Source: Raillietiella orientalis
Lineage: Eukaryota
Reading direction: 5' to 3'
Length of the DNA: 64,000 bases
NCBI GenBank assembly: GCA_036172245.1
Contig: JAYWIR010000044.1
Location: 1 to 64,000 of the forward strand
In this document: positions 23,350 through 35,600 of the stretch, piece by piece
How positions within the stretch are numbered: position 1 is the stretch's first letter
Layout: the number at the start of each line of letters is the position of its first letter
Notes under the pieces: model-generated
Seen by the model: the letters and a program-made list of their open reading frames with translations, nothing else
Told to the model about the DNA's origin: nothing
Databases searched by the model: none
Program-made: the position numbers and the translations under genes

Positions 23350-25288
23350 ATGCTGCGTCGTCGTTTATTACCCGGTTGCGCCGGGACGTTTATTAATAAC
23401 ATCATCTGGGAATCGTGTTCTCAGGCAACGGGAACAGAAGATGGGGAGTAGGGTTCCCGGAACACAGGCCGAACTCACTGAGAGTTCGAAACGGGTGGTA
23501 GGGGACAATAAATAAATTAATACGGTGGGAAGGCGGGGATAGGGGCATGCAGTTTAGCCGTTCCTATTCTCAGAACCGGCGGTGAATGCCGGCAATCTCC
23601 GTCCTCACTTCTGCGTCAAGGTGTGGCCACCCGGCAGCCAGTTGCAGGTTGCAGGCTGCAGTGTCGGGGACCGATGTTGGGACTGCTCGCATCTGTAATA
23701 CGTGGCGGGCCCTGACAGTGGTGCGGACGCAGCAGATGATTGCGACGACCGCTCCAAGAGAAAGACCGCCACGCGTGAAGAAGCGGCGCATCCAGTCCTT
23801 TGCGGTGTGTCCGGGGTGCAGGAGCGCTGAAGACAGCCGCCGCCACAGCTCCTGGAGGGCACCGCATTCAAATAGCAAATGCAGAAGCGATTCCAACGCT
23901 CCGCATGTTGCACAGTGCGGGGACGCAACTCCCCTGGAAACCAGGTGCGCGCGCTGGTTGCAGTACAAACCCCAATGCACCAGCAGGAAAGCGTTCTGTT
24001 TCCACCGAAGGGGGAAGAGAGTCGCGTCCAAACACGCAGAAGAGACCACAAGTTCTTCGGCGGGCACCCCGAGGAGCTCACTCCACCGGAGAAGTCCCTT
24101 GGCACGAAAGCGAGGGGTGGCAGCGACTGCCACCTCGCAAGTCCTCCAGCCGCCCAGCAGTCGGGTTTCTCCTGCGATTTCGCAAGCGCCCACCTACCTC
24201 GCCGGCAGGTCACTGTCGTCTCGAACCATCAGTGAAGACAGTGCTTCGGCGAGGGGCGTAGCGGCTAGGCGTGTCCAATGGTCCTGGTCTTCAAGCAGCT
24301 CCCCCACTGGACAGTATGAAAAACGGTTCACGCAACGGAGTTCCAAACGGGACGCATCCTGTTGCGCTGCTCAGGACGATGAGGCTTCCTGCCACCAGGC
24401 GTTGAAGTTCGTCGGCCGGCAGGAGATCCACTCATGCTTTCCCAGAAGCGTGGCGAGCTGCTTCAGAGGGAAGCCGAATCCTCTCTGGGCGCGCTCCGTG
24501 CGCAGATGCAACGAACGTAGTCCGTCGCCACCCGTGCAGCGCCGCAGCAGCAGCCGCGCTGGAGCACACCAGGGAGTAGTCCAGAGCTGGGCACAAAGTG
24601 CCGCATGCTGAACTGCACTTGCAGTCCGATCCGCTCGAGCTTCAGGATGCCCAATCCTGCATCCCGCCGAGGAGACACCATTTCCTTGAGGCGGATCCTG
24701 GAACCCGCCGGTCCCCACAAGGCATTTCGCAACAGGCGTTCCGCCCGACGCTTAGCCGAGTAGGGAGGGGGACCAACAAAAAAGAGGGGACGGAGGAGGT
24801 GGGTGACGAAAATGTCCCACACGAAGGCCCATTCCGGCAGGAGAAACCTGCCGCCTTGGAACGGGCCCAGAGCAGTCTCGGCCTTGTGAAGGCAGTACGA
24901 CCACGCTTCTGCTGGACAGAAGGCGCCCAAGGGAACGCCAAGGTACTTCAAGCACCTGACCGTGGGGATCCCCAGGCGGATCCAGTCGGACTGCCCCTCC
25001 CACGTAGAGCCAACCGGTACAACGGTTGATTTCGTCCTGTTGACGCTCAGGCCCGCTCCCCGACGAATGAGCTCGAAGAAGTCCTCGAGCCTGAACGCCG
25101 GGGTGGACATGGGCAGCAGCAGGAGAAGGTCGTCAGCATAGACGGTTACGGCCGGTGTTCCCGGGAGGGAGCTCGGCAGGTTGGCCAGCGTCAGCCTGTA
25201 CGCCCTCAGCACCAACTCAAAGAAGATGCTGAAGAGCATGGGGCTTAAGCCGTCTCCCTGCCTGATACCCCGCCGTATAGGAACGCCT
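23350..25288 (-). mobile_element. 5'-truncated LINE (RT motif 4 to 3' end), frameshifted
   Basis: GIRQGDGLSPMLF, VYADDL, LKYLGV, RRDAGLGI, CATC..HLLFEC. Hairpin at 23366-23394. Confidence 0.93.
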
Positions 25289-26201
25289 CACACGTGGTGC
25301 ACGCTCCATGAACACAGACTTCCATAATCGGCGATTTCCCTGACAATACACCCGCTGCCATCCTCTAATGGAGGCACATCGCCACGCTGATCACACATTC
25401 TTTACCATCTGACACCATAATCGACCCCACATCCCACCTTGCCAATGTCCATTTAAGACAAGGCGGCTGCCTGAGATTCAGGGACCACTGCGAACCATTT
25501 CTACTTTTGCAGAGATGAACAAACCTTCTTGCCGCGGAATCTGAAAATAAACACATGCCGAGTATATATTTTCGAAAAGCAACAAGACGAAGCACTTCTG
25601 CGGGGGGCACCTCGCAGTCCGACGGCAGTGCGCGATGGTCAACCGCGTGACGGCGTTTTTGCCCCCGTGCGCTCCTCTGATCGCGCAACACAACCGACTT
25701 CGAACGATTGATGGCTTCAGATTGCCAGGAGTACAACTAGCTCTTCTACACGCGGGCGCTCATGCACGGTGTCGAAGTCAGGCATACCATCTTGCACCGT
25801 CTCGCAACGTCGGAAACTGACTTACCACTCTCCCTGAATAAAAGACACTCTGCTGCAACCTTATGGCGATCCCCATGACCACGAAATCGACACATCTGCC
25901 AGCATTGCAACAACGTCTGGCTTCCATGGTAACTCTTCGTTGCTGCAAACTCAAATAGCTGTCCCTTGGTCCTTCTGTTTATCATTACCTCCCACTATCC
26001 TGCAGTTGATCAGCAGTAAACAGGAATTTTCGAAATATCTCCCGCTGCTCTTATCGGTAGCCCCCCGTTGTCCTGAAATTCCTTGACTCTCACGCAAGGT
26101 ATGATGATCTGATTTGTGATTTCATTTTGCAACCATAGCTTCCTAACTAGTACATTTTCCAGCTCGAGATACAATTCGATCTCTTCGACACATCCTCTGA
26201 G

Positions 26202-26936
26202 GTGATCATGCAACTTACGTCATTCGACTCCCAACAGCACTATCGACCATACACATTTCTTAGACTCCCCATCCATTCAAAGCTCACAGTGAGTCTACAC
26301 TCTACCTGGAGGTACCCTCTGCGACCCATTCGACGTCGCAATACATCCCTTGCCCAAAAGAAGACGATAAAAAGGAAGCGATCTGGAAATGGGAGGAGCT
26401 CTCCTCCCCGCAGAGAAGTGCGTTTCCGCGATCTGATTCCACGTGTTAATCTTCCGTCCACATCGCGGTCACACAGGATTCCTTATCCGGGTGCCCGACA
26501 GTCCGCTCCCCGTGCAGCAATCCCAGCGTTATTGCACAATGTTTCTCGTGGTTCCCCTCCTTCTCAATTGGAAATTCTTCCACCCCAGGATGCTCAAAGG
26601 CCGCCTTGGAACCCTCCTTTCTCTACTGAATCCGATTCAGACTATTCTACAGTTCCGACCTCCCATGGAGTAGGCAGGAGCTCTCCAATCATTTCTACTG
26701 CTCCGCCTCCATCAACCTCTCATAGATCTCAGGACGACCACGTCTTCGCGGAGTTTCGTGATTCCCACCATGATACATCTCCCGACAGCAGCGAACTCCT
26801 CTGGATGGCTGTTATAAGTGATTATGAGCATACTTTGCGAAAGAACCTTTCTCGACTTGCCGCCATCAGGAGGTTCTTGTGTTCATGCGATTGCTTCTGC
26901 CCAACAATTAAGAAGTCTCGACGTCCTTCCCACTGA
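26202..26936 (+). CDS. Hypothetical S/P/R-rich low-complexity ORF (copy at 38286-39020); may be a pseudogene fragment
   Basis: 244-aa ORF open in both copies, no recognisable domain. Confidence 0.25.
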   Translation: MIMQLTSFDSQQHYRPYTFLRLPIHSKLTVSLHSTWRYPLRPIRRRNTSLAQKKTIKRKRSGNGRSSPPRREVRFRDLIPRVNLPSTSRSHRIPYPGARQSAPRAAIPALLHNVSRGSPPSQLEILPPQDAQRPPWNPPFSTESDSDYSTVPTSHGVGRSSPIISTAPPPSTSHRSQDDHVFAEFRDSHHDTSPDSSELLWMAVISDYEHTLRKNLSRLAAIRRFLCSCDCFCPTIKKSRRPSH

Positions 26937-29900
26937 GGGCATCTTGTCTGCTCCTGCTACTTCCCTTCCATCCATCGGCTCTCCCTCAACCCTTCTTGAG
27001 ACAGTTCCGCATTTCCAAAATCAACACTCCAGCCTCGCTTCGTCCCGACTTCGGCCCCAACACCACCGCATCAACCACCATTGCAAGCAACTCCTCCAAG
27101 CATCACAACACTACGTTGCGTGACTAAGGATTGAAGCCCCCTTGCAGCAACACAAGCGAAAACGGCCGTGCAATCATGGCAGAAGGCAACGCTACCGTCC
27201 ATCCACAGGGTCGTCTTCCTACAACCACTGCAGAACGTGTTGAACAGACTCCGTCAACAGCAGGCCGGAAATAAAACAACCCGTAAGACCACTCTCATTC
27301 ACGCACTCTCTTCCAGCTATACGTTTCCAGCACGTGCTGAAATCCACTGCCCCACCACTGGTGGCCGATTTGACCCACCAGAACATATTCCGCGATAGGC
27401 ACAAGGCAGAATTCCTTCAGGCGAACAAGCGAGGCGACGGCTGTTTTCGCTTCCTGCGACTGCGCCCATCCAGCCAATGCTGGACCACTCGTGTCGCGCA
27501 TGCCGCCCTCACCAACGGTTGTCTGCGGATTCTGACACCACGCCACATGCAAATAGTTTGCCAAGCAGACGGAGACACGGCAGAGGGTATGCGAAAATTC
27601 ATTCGTCGATTGAGATGCAGCTGGCAAATAGGAATGACCTTCCCACCGCATGAAGCGTGGCAGCCTGCTCGTCCTCACGGGAGTGCAATTTTCAAATGAG
27701 CTTCTCACAGAACGCCGTTCCGGATAAGAAATAAAGTGCAATGGGGCCGAAAGCAACGCGGTCGTATGTCTCCAGAGTCTCCACATCAGGAAAGGATTTC
27801 GCAGCCACCACTTCGCGAATCATCTCCTCACCACGTACAGTCCGCATGATACTTCTTCGTTTCTTCCTCTGATTTCCACGGAAGATGCCACAAGAAATGT
27901 GGACTTGCTGCTCCTGTGCTAGGAAAATGGACCACCGTCATTCTTTCATCTTACAATTTTCCCTTTTTCTCCCCATGATGTTTGCGTGCTTCGTAAAATG
28001 ACGGAATCTTATCAGTTTAACACCAACCCATTCTCATGCAACCTCAAAACCAAACCACCTACCACTCCATCAGTCTTTTCATTCTACTCCAACGTTCCCA
28101 CCATTCTTCTGTTTGTTTTCATTTCAAATGCAGTCTACGCAGATGCCTAAATACTCCGTTCGCCACATCAAAGTCGGCAAGGGAATGGACCACGGCGGAA
28201 TCTCCGCCGCGTGGCTCGAAGATTCTTTCGTACATCCCGGAACACGATACCGTCGTGCACAGCTTATGGTCTGCTATCATCTCCCTTTCATGGTCACCAC
28301 CGTCGTGCCTCACGGCAACTCATAAACCTGTTGCAGTCTGAAAGCTCCCAATGCGCATCCACCTATTCCACGCACGAATGTCCGACACCACTTCTTGTCT
28401 TCGTGTTTTCGCCTCTATTGCATACGTCCTCTTCCATACTTCCTTCTTATCGGTCACGACCAACCGCATATCCATCATCCCTCAACCAGGCAAGGCATCC
28501 ATGCTCAGGGAAGAGAGAAAAATCAAACTTCTTACACCCATACCCATCTGTGTTGTTTGCCATTCAGGACAGTGTCCCACGGATGAATCATCAGATACCC
28601 CCCAAGCACGCACACGAATTCTCCTGACCAGCAACAAGCCGACCTTTCAACTGACATCGATAAAAGTGATCGGAAGCCTTCTCCCCTGACCTCAATGCAG
28701 GGCTGCATTTTTACCGCCACACATAGTTGAAAGAGTCCTTCTCCTCCTGGTGCTTTTCAACCAAAGAGCCCAATTTCTTCCCAGTCTGTCAGGATACCCA
28801 TGTGGTGCGCGCATACCGAGACGATCAATCCTCGGAAGAGGAAAGCAGGTGAGACGCCATGGGACCACCGACGTCCCATCTCCTTACCCAATGCCGCACG
28901 CAGACTTCCCGGCGTCGCAAAACTTTTCCTCAAAGCTCCAAGTAGCTCCTTCTTGCATCCTCCATTCGGGTGCCACAGACCGTTTCTCTTTTCGAACCTC
29001 GCCGTAAGTTCAGCATGCTTCTTTAGTAGGGAAATGCTCTTTCTGGCAGGGATTCTTCCCGAATTCTGTTCTCCTCCTCCATGATATCCCGTGCGTTAAC
29101 ACCATTGTGCCGTCCACTCGAGGTCGCGGTCCTTTCGCAGCGTGGCAGCAATCAGCAAGTTGGTTTGCCATTTCCCGCGTCACGCGTGTTCCCACCCATC
29201 TGATCACGTGGAATGCAGAAGCCATTTTCGACACGCTTCCTTTCTGAGGAATGGGCACGTGACTTTCTCTCGAGGAACGTGCACGCCGGCGAAAGTTTTG
29301 GCGTCAGATGGAAGTGGAAGCCATCCATCCCCAAAGAGGATTTCTCTGCAAAGAAGCTACAGACGCACTAACGTAAAGGAAACAAAGGAACGCTCGGAGT
29401 GTCTCTTCTACGCCGCTTCCTCTTTGCCAGAGGTTGTGCTTTCGACCGACGTAATGTGCCATCGTCGACTTTTTCATTGCACTCGGCAAAGCATGGCTTC
29501 CTCGGTAAAAAGTCCGTCTGAGTGCTCGTTCGACGCGTATCTACCAAAAATCGCAAGGCCGAAAGGCGAGCAAAGCGAATTGAAGCGTGGAAGGCTTTGC
29601 ACGATATCACATCTTCAGCGCTGAAAAGGCAGCGGAACTTTTGGCCTTCCACACGGAGCTTCCAAGAAAGGAATTCATCGAAAGAACTCGATCCTGGATT
29701 GTATTCGGATTCAGTCTCTAGAACAAAAGTAAGGGAGTTTGAACCTTGGATCCCGGGGGTAAGAAGTCCCGAAGGACGCAGTCGACATCGGACGCGCTGC
29801 TGCTACTCGCACACGTGCGTGCTGCATTCCGGATTGGCAAGGAGTATGGCGCAGACTGCACATCGCAGCCTCCGTGCTCTCCACTTCCAAGCTCTTCAAG

Positions 29901-29979
29901 GGGACTTTTGCATGCAGGTGCGTGTTCACGCCCTCATGTGCGTGGACTCACGATGAGGTCACGCCGCTTGACCTAATTT

Positions 29980-31050
29980 TTCCATCATCTCTGTCCAGCG
30001 GTCCGCTCGAAACCATGCCCGACAACGGACACACCTGCACGACAGCTGACAAAAAGACCGGGATCACTTGACAACTCGAGGGCAATGTCATGAAGCGCAT
30101 CTGCTGGAAGATCTGACTTTTGCAATTTTGAAAACTCACGTGCTCGCAGTTTCAGTGCAATCTTAGAGAGCTCCTGCAAAACCTTCAGTTTCGACACGTG
30201 AAATGCTCAATGGGAAACCATTTCTTCGGATTCTCTCCGTACAGTTCGAGCGCTTCGATGGATTTCTTACCAACATTGTACTCACTGGGGCATAGAGGGT
30301 ACAAAGATGCTGCGGGAGCCAGTGCAAAGGACCACCAACCAAACAAGTCCACATCACGGAATACCAGATGCCCCCAATATTTGTCACGGTGCTTCCAACG
30401 GATGTCGAGATAAAAAGGAAAGCCAATTTGAAAGACGGCTTTTCCGAAGCATCCATCCTTTAATGTTTTTTGATTAATTAATAAATATGGAGACGACCCA
30501 TAGCACCTGAATGGGCAAAAAAACATTTCCTTCACTTTCGAGAAACACGAACCGTAGACAAAATGAGCGCAAACGAGCATTTTTTTGCGAAATGGAAGTC
30601 TTGCCACATCTGCAGCATCCAGGTTTCTCACGGATCACATGAATGCGCAGCAGGACATCAAGCTGACCTGCTTTGACCTCTCCGTTGCGCCTGCTCGCGA
30701 GATCGAGCAGATCTCGATCCGTGGGAAAGTCGAGCAGACTTTCCCACGGGCGACGGGCATCCGGGCCGACATCGTCGAATCATCAACCGAAGTGCTCGCT
30801 TCTGCGAGTTCTGAGATTGCGGAAACGGAAATTCTCCTTCCGATACTCAACGAGCGCCCCGAATTGGTGGAAAGGGTTATTGCGGGAGTTCAGGGATGCC
30901 TTCTGCGATCGCCGCCGACGCTCCGGAATGTTTCGGCTTGCGGGGGATGATCCGCACCGCCGTTCTCTGCTTTCTTAGCGGCATGCTGCTCTACTGGTAC
31001 GCCCCAAAGAGGGGTCGGAATGGAAGGGATGCTATCCTCTTCCCGGAAAT
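29980..31050 (-). mobile_element. Decayed MULE transposase (copy at ~42090-43150)
   Basis: FYLDIRWKHRDKYWGHLVFRDVDLFGWWSFALA resembles the MULE D.T.K.NKY..L....VD.FG motif; later ..ALHDIA is CxxH-like. DNA homologous to 50390-50780 in inverted orientation. Confidence 0.5.
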
Positions 31051-31493
31051 TTTCGCAGCGATAGCCACGAGGCGGAATCACCTGGGAAATATGCGATGCG
31101 AACATGCAGGATACTGAAAATCACTTCGAGGGTGTGGAGGCGCACATTCATTTATATCCCTCACAGAAGTTGTTGATTTCTCTTCTTTTCATGATTGTCC
31201 ACCCCTTCCTTCACTGGCTTCAACGGACCCCCTCGGTCTGCCTATTGGCGCTTTGGAAGATTTATTATGTGTTATTTCTTGGTAGAACAGAAAGTCCAAC
31301 CGCACCTGGTGTCTTTTCTTATCATTCACATCTGAAAATTCTTTTACAACTCCGGGTTCATGCGATCGGATGCAACGGTTTCAGAAAGCTTCTTTTCCTC
31401 GAGGGACGAATGTGATGATCGTGCGTCCGCTTTCGTTTGCGTTCCAGGCGGCAGCAACACGGCTCCTGCTTGTTCTCTGTGGACCACTTTACG

Positions 31494-31529
31494 CCAGCAG
31501 CAAGAGGGGCCGGCCCCTCTTGCTGCTGG
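31494..31529. repeat. Perfect 36-bp palindrome (also 43596-43631)
   Basis: CCAGCAGCAAGAGGGGCC|GGCCCCTCTTGCTGCTGG with no spacer. Confidence 0.97.
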
Positions 31530-31737
31530 TGGGCTCCATAGGTAAGTGGTGCTCCGCTCGGTCGGGATGTTTGAAGAGGCTGCTCGGAGGAGGATGGGCG
31601 TTGCGGCTGGACACCGTATGTGCATGAAGTATAAAGAAGGGATGGGGAATTCACATTGGGAACGTACATTTGTGGTGACACAGGTTGATCGATAGCAGGC
31701 AGGAAGATTAGTCTTGCGAAGGATGTGCAGAGTGATC

Positions 31738-32685
31738 TCAGAAACGAAGCAGTTTCGACGAGAACATACGGGGTCGTGGAGCTGCAGATGTGCTCCGAGG
31801 GTTCTGCAGTGTGGGAATTCGAGACCCAAACCTTGGCGCATGAGGTTGACGGAGGTATAATTGCAAGTTGCTGCCACTGCCTCTTCCCGTGCTGGAGGGT
31901 TGCACAGGTGCAGAGGACGAAGTACTTCTTATACCTCCTGGACGGTAATCTGCCCATCCACTGCTTGTGGGTTCGAAGAGGTGTTCAGATATTTGCATCG
32001 TTGCTCTGGGAACATCGGGCATAGGAGTCGACGATCTATACATTTGACGTTGTTGTAAATATTCTTCGAATGGAGACGTGGGGGGTGTTCGTCTGCCGCC
32101 ATGGGCAAATGGTGGAATGAGGGGTGCTTCAAGCCTGTAATCAGTCTCCCTGGAAGTTGATGGCTCGTGTATAACGCTGGCAGGTGCCTGTTCAACGGAA
32201 CTAAGCTCCATCCTGGGTGGAGCGGATGTCGTTGGTTCGCTTCCGGATTGCTCGGAGCTCTCCGTCTCCTCGTATTGGAAGACATTATAGTGTTGATAGT
32301 TTCGAAATGTACTCCTACGTGAATTTCCACGTGCATTTGGGTTAATGGAACGTCTCCCTATTCTTCTAGCTTGAAGAGAAACAGATGTTGGCGTGAGCGA
32401 GCTGCGAATACGCGCTCGGGATGGTTGACTGGAACGGCGGCTTAACCCGCGTCCTAATCGACGTCTTTTGGGGATGTCGCCATTGGAAACGAAAGGATAC
32501 CAGGATGGCCTACGTTCTTCCTGGTATCCTGGTTTGTCTCGGAAGCTCGGATCTTCGAAATAAGCTTCATTGAAATATTCGCGTTTTCCTTGTGCCGGTT
32601 GTTGATCGTGGACGAAGCCAAGAGACTCATCATCTGAGTCGCTTAGAATCGATTTATGATGACCAACAGTTGCCGCGAAGTCCAT
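31738..32685 (-). CDS. Hypothetical disordered S/R/P-rich protein ORF (copy at 43840-44787)
   Basis: ATG-initiated 315-aa ORF open in both copies, no domain recognised. Confidence 0.35.
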   Translation of the reverse strand: MDFAATVGHHKSILSDSDDESLGFVHDQQPAQGKREYFNEAYFEDPSFRDKPGYQEERRPSWYPFVSNGDIPKRRRLGRGLSRRSSQPSRARIRSSLTPTSVSLQARRIGRRSINPNARGNSRRSTFRNYQHYNVFQYEETESSEQSGSEPTTSAPPRMELSSVEQAPASVIHEPSTSRETDYRLEAPLIPPFAHGGRRTPPTSPFEEYLQQRQMYRSSTPMPDVPRATMQISEHLFEPTSSGWADYRPGGIRSTSSSAPVQPSSTGRGSGSNLQLYLRQPHAPRFGSRIPTLQNPRSTSAAPRPRMFSSKLLRF

Positions 32686-35600
32686 GATCTTAGAGAAATT
32701 TTTTTTTTCTTTTTCTCAATCTTGCCAAGGAAGAAATCCTGGAAGAAAAACCGTTGTTACAGGACGAAATTCGAACTCAACCCATCCATCCGTACTTTGT
32801 CTCAGCTGCGCAGGATTTCAGAACAGCAGTGGGATACGATCGATAGCAGAGGAGTAGGATTTCAGAATCCTGTCCTAAATTTGAAAAAGTTCTGCAAGAT
32901 CAGGAAAAGAAACCAATTGAAGAGATCGCCGAAGGAGAGTTTTGGAAATCTCCAACCGAGAGAAAGAGTTTCTATGGATATTACGCTTTGTTATTTCGGT
33001 GCGGATTCCGATATTGCTGCTTTCGTGTGAACATGGACTGTGGTGGTGGACAGAAATTCCCCAAGAATTTTTATCTTTAGGAGATATTGGTTGTAATTTT
33101 GCGGGAGAGTCAGGCTGCACCTTTGACGCCTGCGTTGGGTTCCCACTCTCCAACAGAAGTGTTTCCTCGGTGAATATCTGACGACGAGCAACCCATTCGG
33201 CTTCCTGTCTTTGGCAACTGCCTTTGCACTTGGCAGTCCCAACCCTCAAAAGTCCTCTCCTTCTCTCCCTGTTTCTTGGTAGCACTTAGGGGAGTGCTGC
33301 ATCTAGGGTGCGAGCCAAATTGCTTACGTGTAATCGCCATTGCGATTTCGTAGGTGTCCTGCATAAAAGCCTGTGCTGCAACGTCTTTCGCTTGCACTTA
33401 AGGTGACAGAGTCGCTTCTTTAAACAGCGACCACTTCCGGTCGCTCTTTTATGTCGATTGTCTTCGACTGTGGCGTGCTGGCTGTGCTCTCCTGGTCTGC
33501 TGATGGAGCCTTGGTGGGTGGTTCGGAAGAGAATTTCACTCTTACTTTGTAGCGGTTGCGCCAGCAGTGGTTGTTAGCTGATTCGTGGCGCGCTAAAACC
33601 CTCGCATACCGCCGCGGTCTTAAGACTTCAGTTTTGCAGCAGCTTTGGCGCGCGCTTGAGTCACGTCTTCTCGCGCGAAAGTCGAGATCCTGCGAAACGC
33701 GGTCTCCGCTTGAAGAAGGAAGTGATTCGCGTGCTAAACGGATTTTGTGTGGAGTCTTCCGGGAAGAAACCACCGCTTTGAATCTTCGCTACCACTCTGC
33801 GTCGTTGCCGTTTTTTCGTGAAGTGCCGTTCGACGGAGCAAAGGGCGTGTCTTCTGCATCGATGCCTTAGTTCGGAACGTTGCTGTTGGATTGCTCCTTC
33901 AGAGGGCACATCTGATGCTGTCTCGAGTAAAGTCCGACGCCTTCAATTCGTTCTGCTTCCATATGCAGCCGCCTCTCTCGCGCATGCGGTGGTCGCAGCG
34001 ACCGTCACTGATGGGTTCGGTCTGCGTTCGGTGGTTTTGTCGCAAATCGTCCATCACTTCTTACTAGTGAGGTCACTTAGCTGTCGTTTACTTTATTGCG
34101 GTTTCTGTGCCTTTGGACTTTCGTTTTGTTTTTATTTTTTATTTTTTCTTAAAGGCCAGTAGCGACCCCCACGGGGAGATCGTTACTATTGCCCTAGGAC
34201 GATGGAAATTCTTGGGTTCTTCTTTTTCTTCTGTATGCTGTCTTTCTTTTAGCTTTTTTTTTCAAGAGTTTCCTTTTTTTTTGGTTCGCTAAGTTCCTCA
34301 GAGCCGGTCGCGTGCCTCGCGGCGCAGGTGGCTCAAACATTAAACACACTGTTGCACTTGGACTTTCTTTGCAGCTCTTGCGAGGTTAAGAGTCCAGCGT
34401 ACAACTCTTCGTCTTTTTTGCTTCGCTGCTTAATCCCGAAGAATGTGTGAGGAAAAGTCTCAGAAGGCGAAGTTTTCCTCAGTGCACTGCTTCCCTTGCA
34501 GCAGCACTGGATGCGTCCGTGCTGCTTTCCGAAGGATAGGACTATGCAATGTCGTCAGGTATTCAACAGTAGCAGGGATAGCAAGTGATCCCACCTCTGC
34601 TGTTTCAGCATTGAGGACGCTTGCCTTGTAGCAATTCCACATCCCCTCATTCTAGAAGGGAGACGCAGCAGAAACGATAGCAATGCTTTGCTTCGGCCGT
34701 AGATCGAGACATGCATTTGCATGTCAGGAGTCCCACAATTCTCCATGGGGAGCCAGGTTTCGGTATCGCACTGTCTGCCCGGTGTTTTTGCTCAGCATAT
34801 CTTATTTGTCATCGTTTGCTGACACCCTGTACCCATCGAATGGTATGAAAAACCTCGCGATTCTTTGCAGGTGCTCCACCCACATCTTGGCCGGCTACGA
34901 ACATGCTTCAGATGGTTTCTCTTATCGCACAAACGAGGTTGTCGTGGAGAAACTAGCCAAAAACCATGTCAGGTGCCCTGAAAATCAGGGTTCAAAGGAC
35001 CCTGCGTCTCCCGAACAACGGTATGCCAGTCGTCAGAGGAGGAGCGTTTAAGGATGGACGCCCACGAAACCATGGGGCCTAGCATGACACGCGTAAAGGA
35101 AGCTCTTGAGGCGAGTCGGGCAGAGGCGTCCTTCCAGTAGTGCAGCGCAGGTTGTAACCGCCGGAAGGAAGCAGTTTTTCCTCTTGCCGCGCCACGCCGT
35201 GGAGTTCGCCGTGACCGAATTGCCCGCGCCAAACGGCAGTCGGGACAGCATCTGGCGGTTCTTCTGTCACCTTCGCTCGCTAGCTCCAGCCTCCGGTCGC
35301 CGTCGAAAACCCCGCGGGAGCAGTTGCATCGCGTGCAGATGAGCGAAGCGACTCCATCGGTGAGCGCATGCGCACAAGTTGGTGTCCGTGAACCTGGGAA
35401 ACTTGGTATTATCGACAGCGTCTTCCTCCAAGAACTGCCGCGTGGTAATGGGCTACTGTCCTTCCGCTCAGTCAGAGTACGTCTCCAGCCTGTATGCGGC
35501 GACATTAGCCAACTCAGCATCTAACAGCAAGCTGTTCTCCATCCGTGGACTCCGCTCTCTGCACTGGCGGTCCACTTTCTCATCCGCCTTGGCTGAATTT

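Larger units (their letters stand above)
25312..33440. repeat. Segmental duplication, copy 1 (~8.1 kb)
   Basis: Direct repeat of 37397-45545 (offset ~12.1 kb). The same ORF set recurs in the ORF track. Confidence 0.97.
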
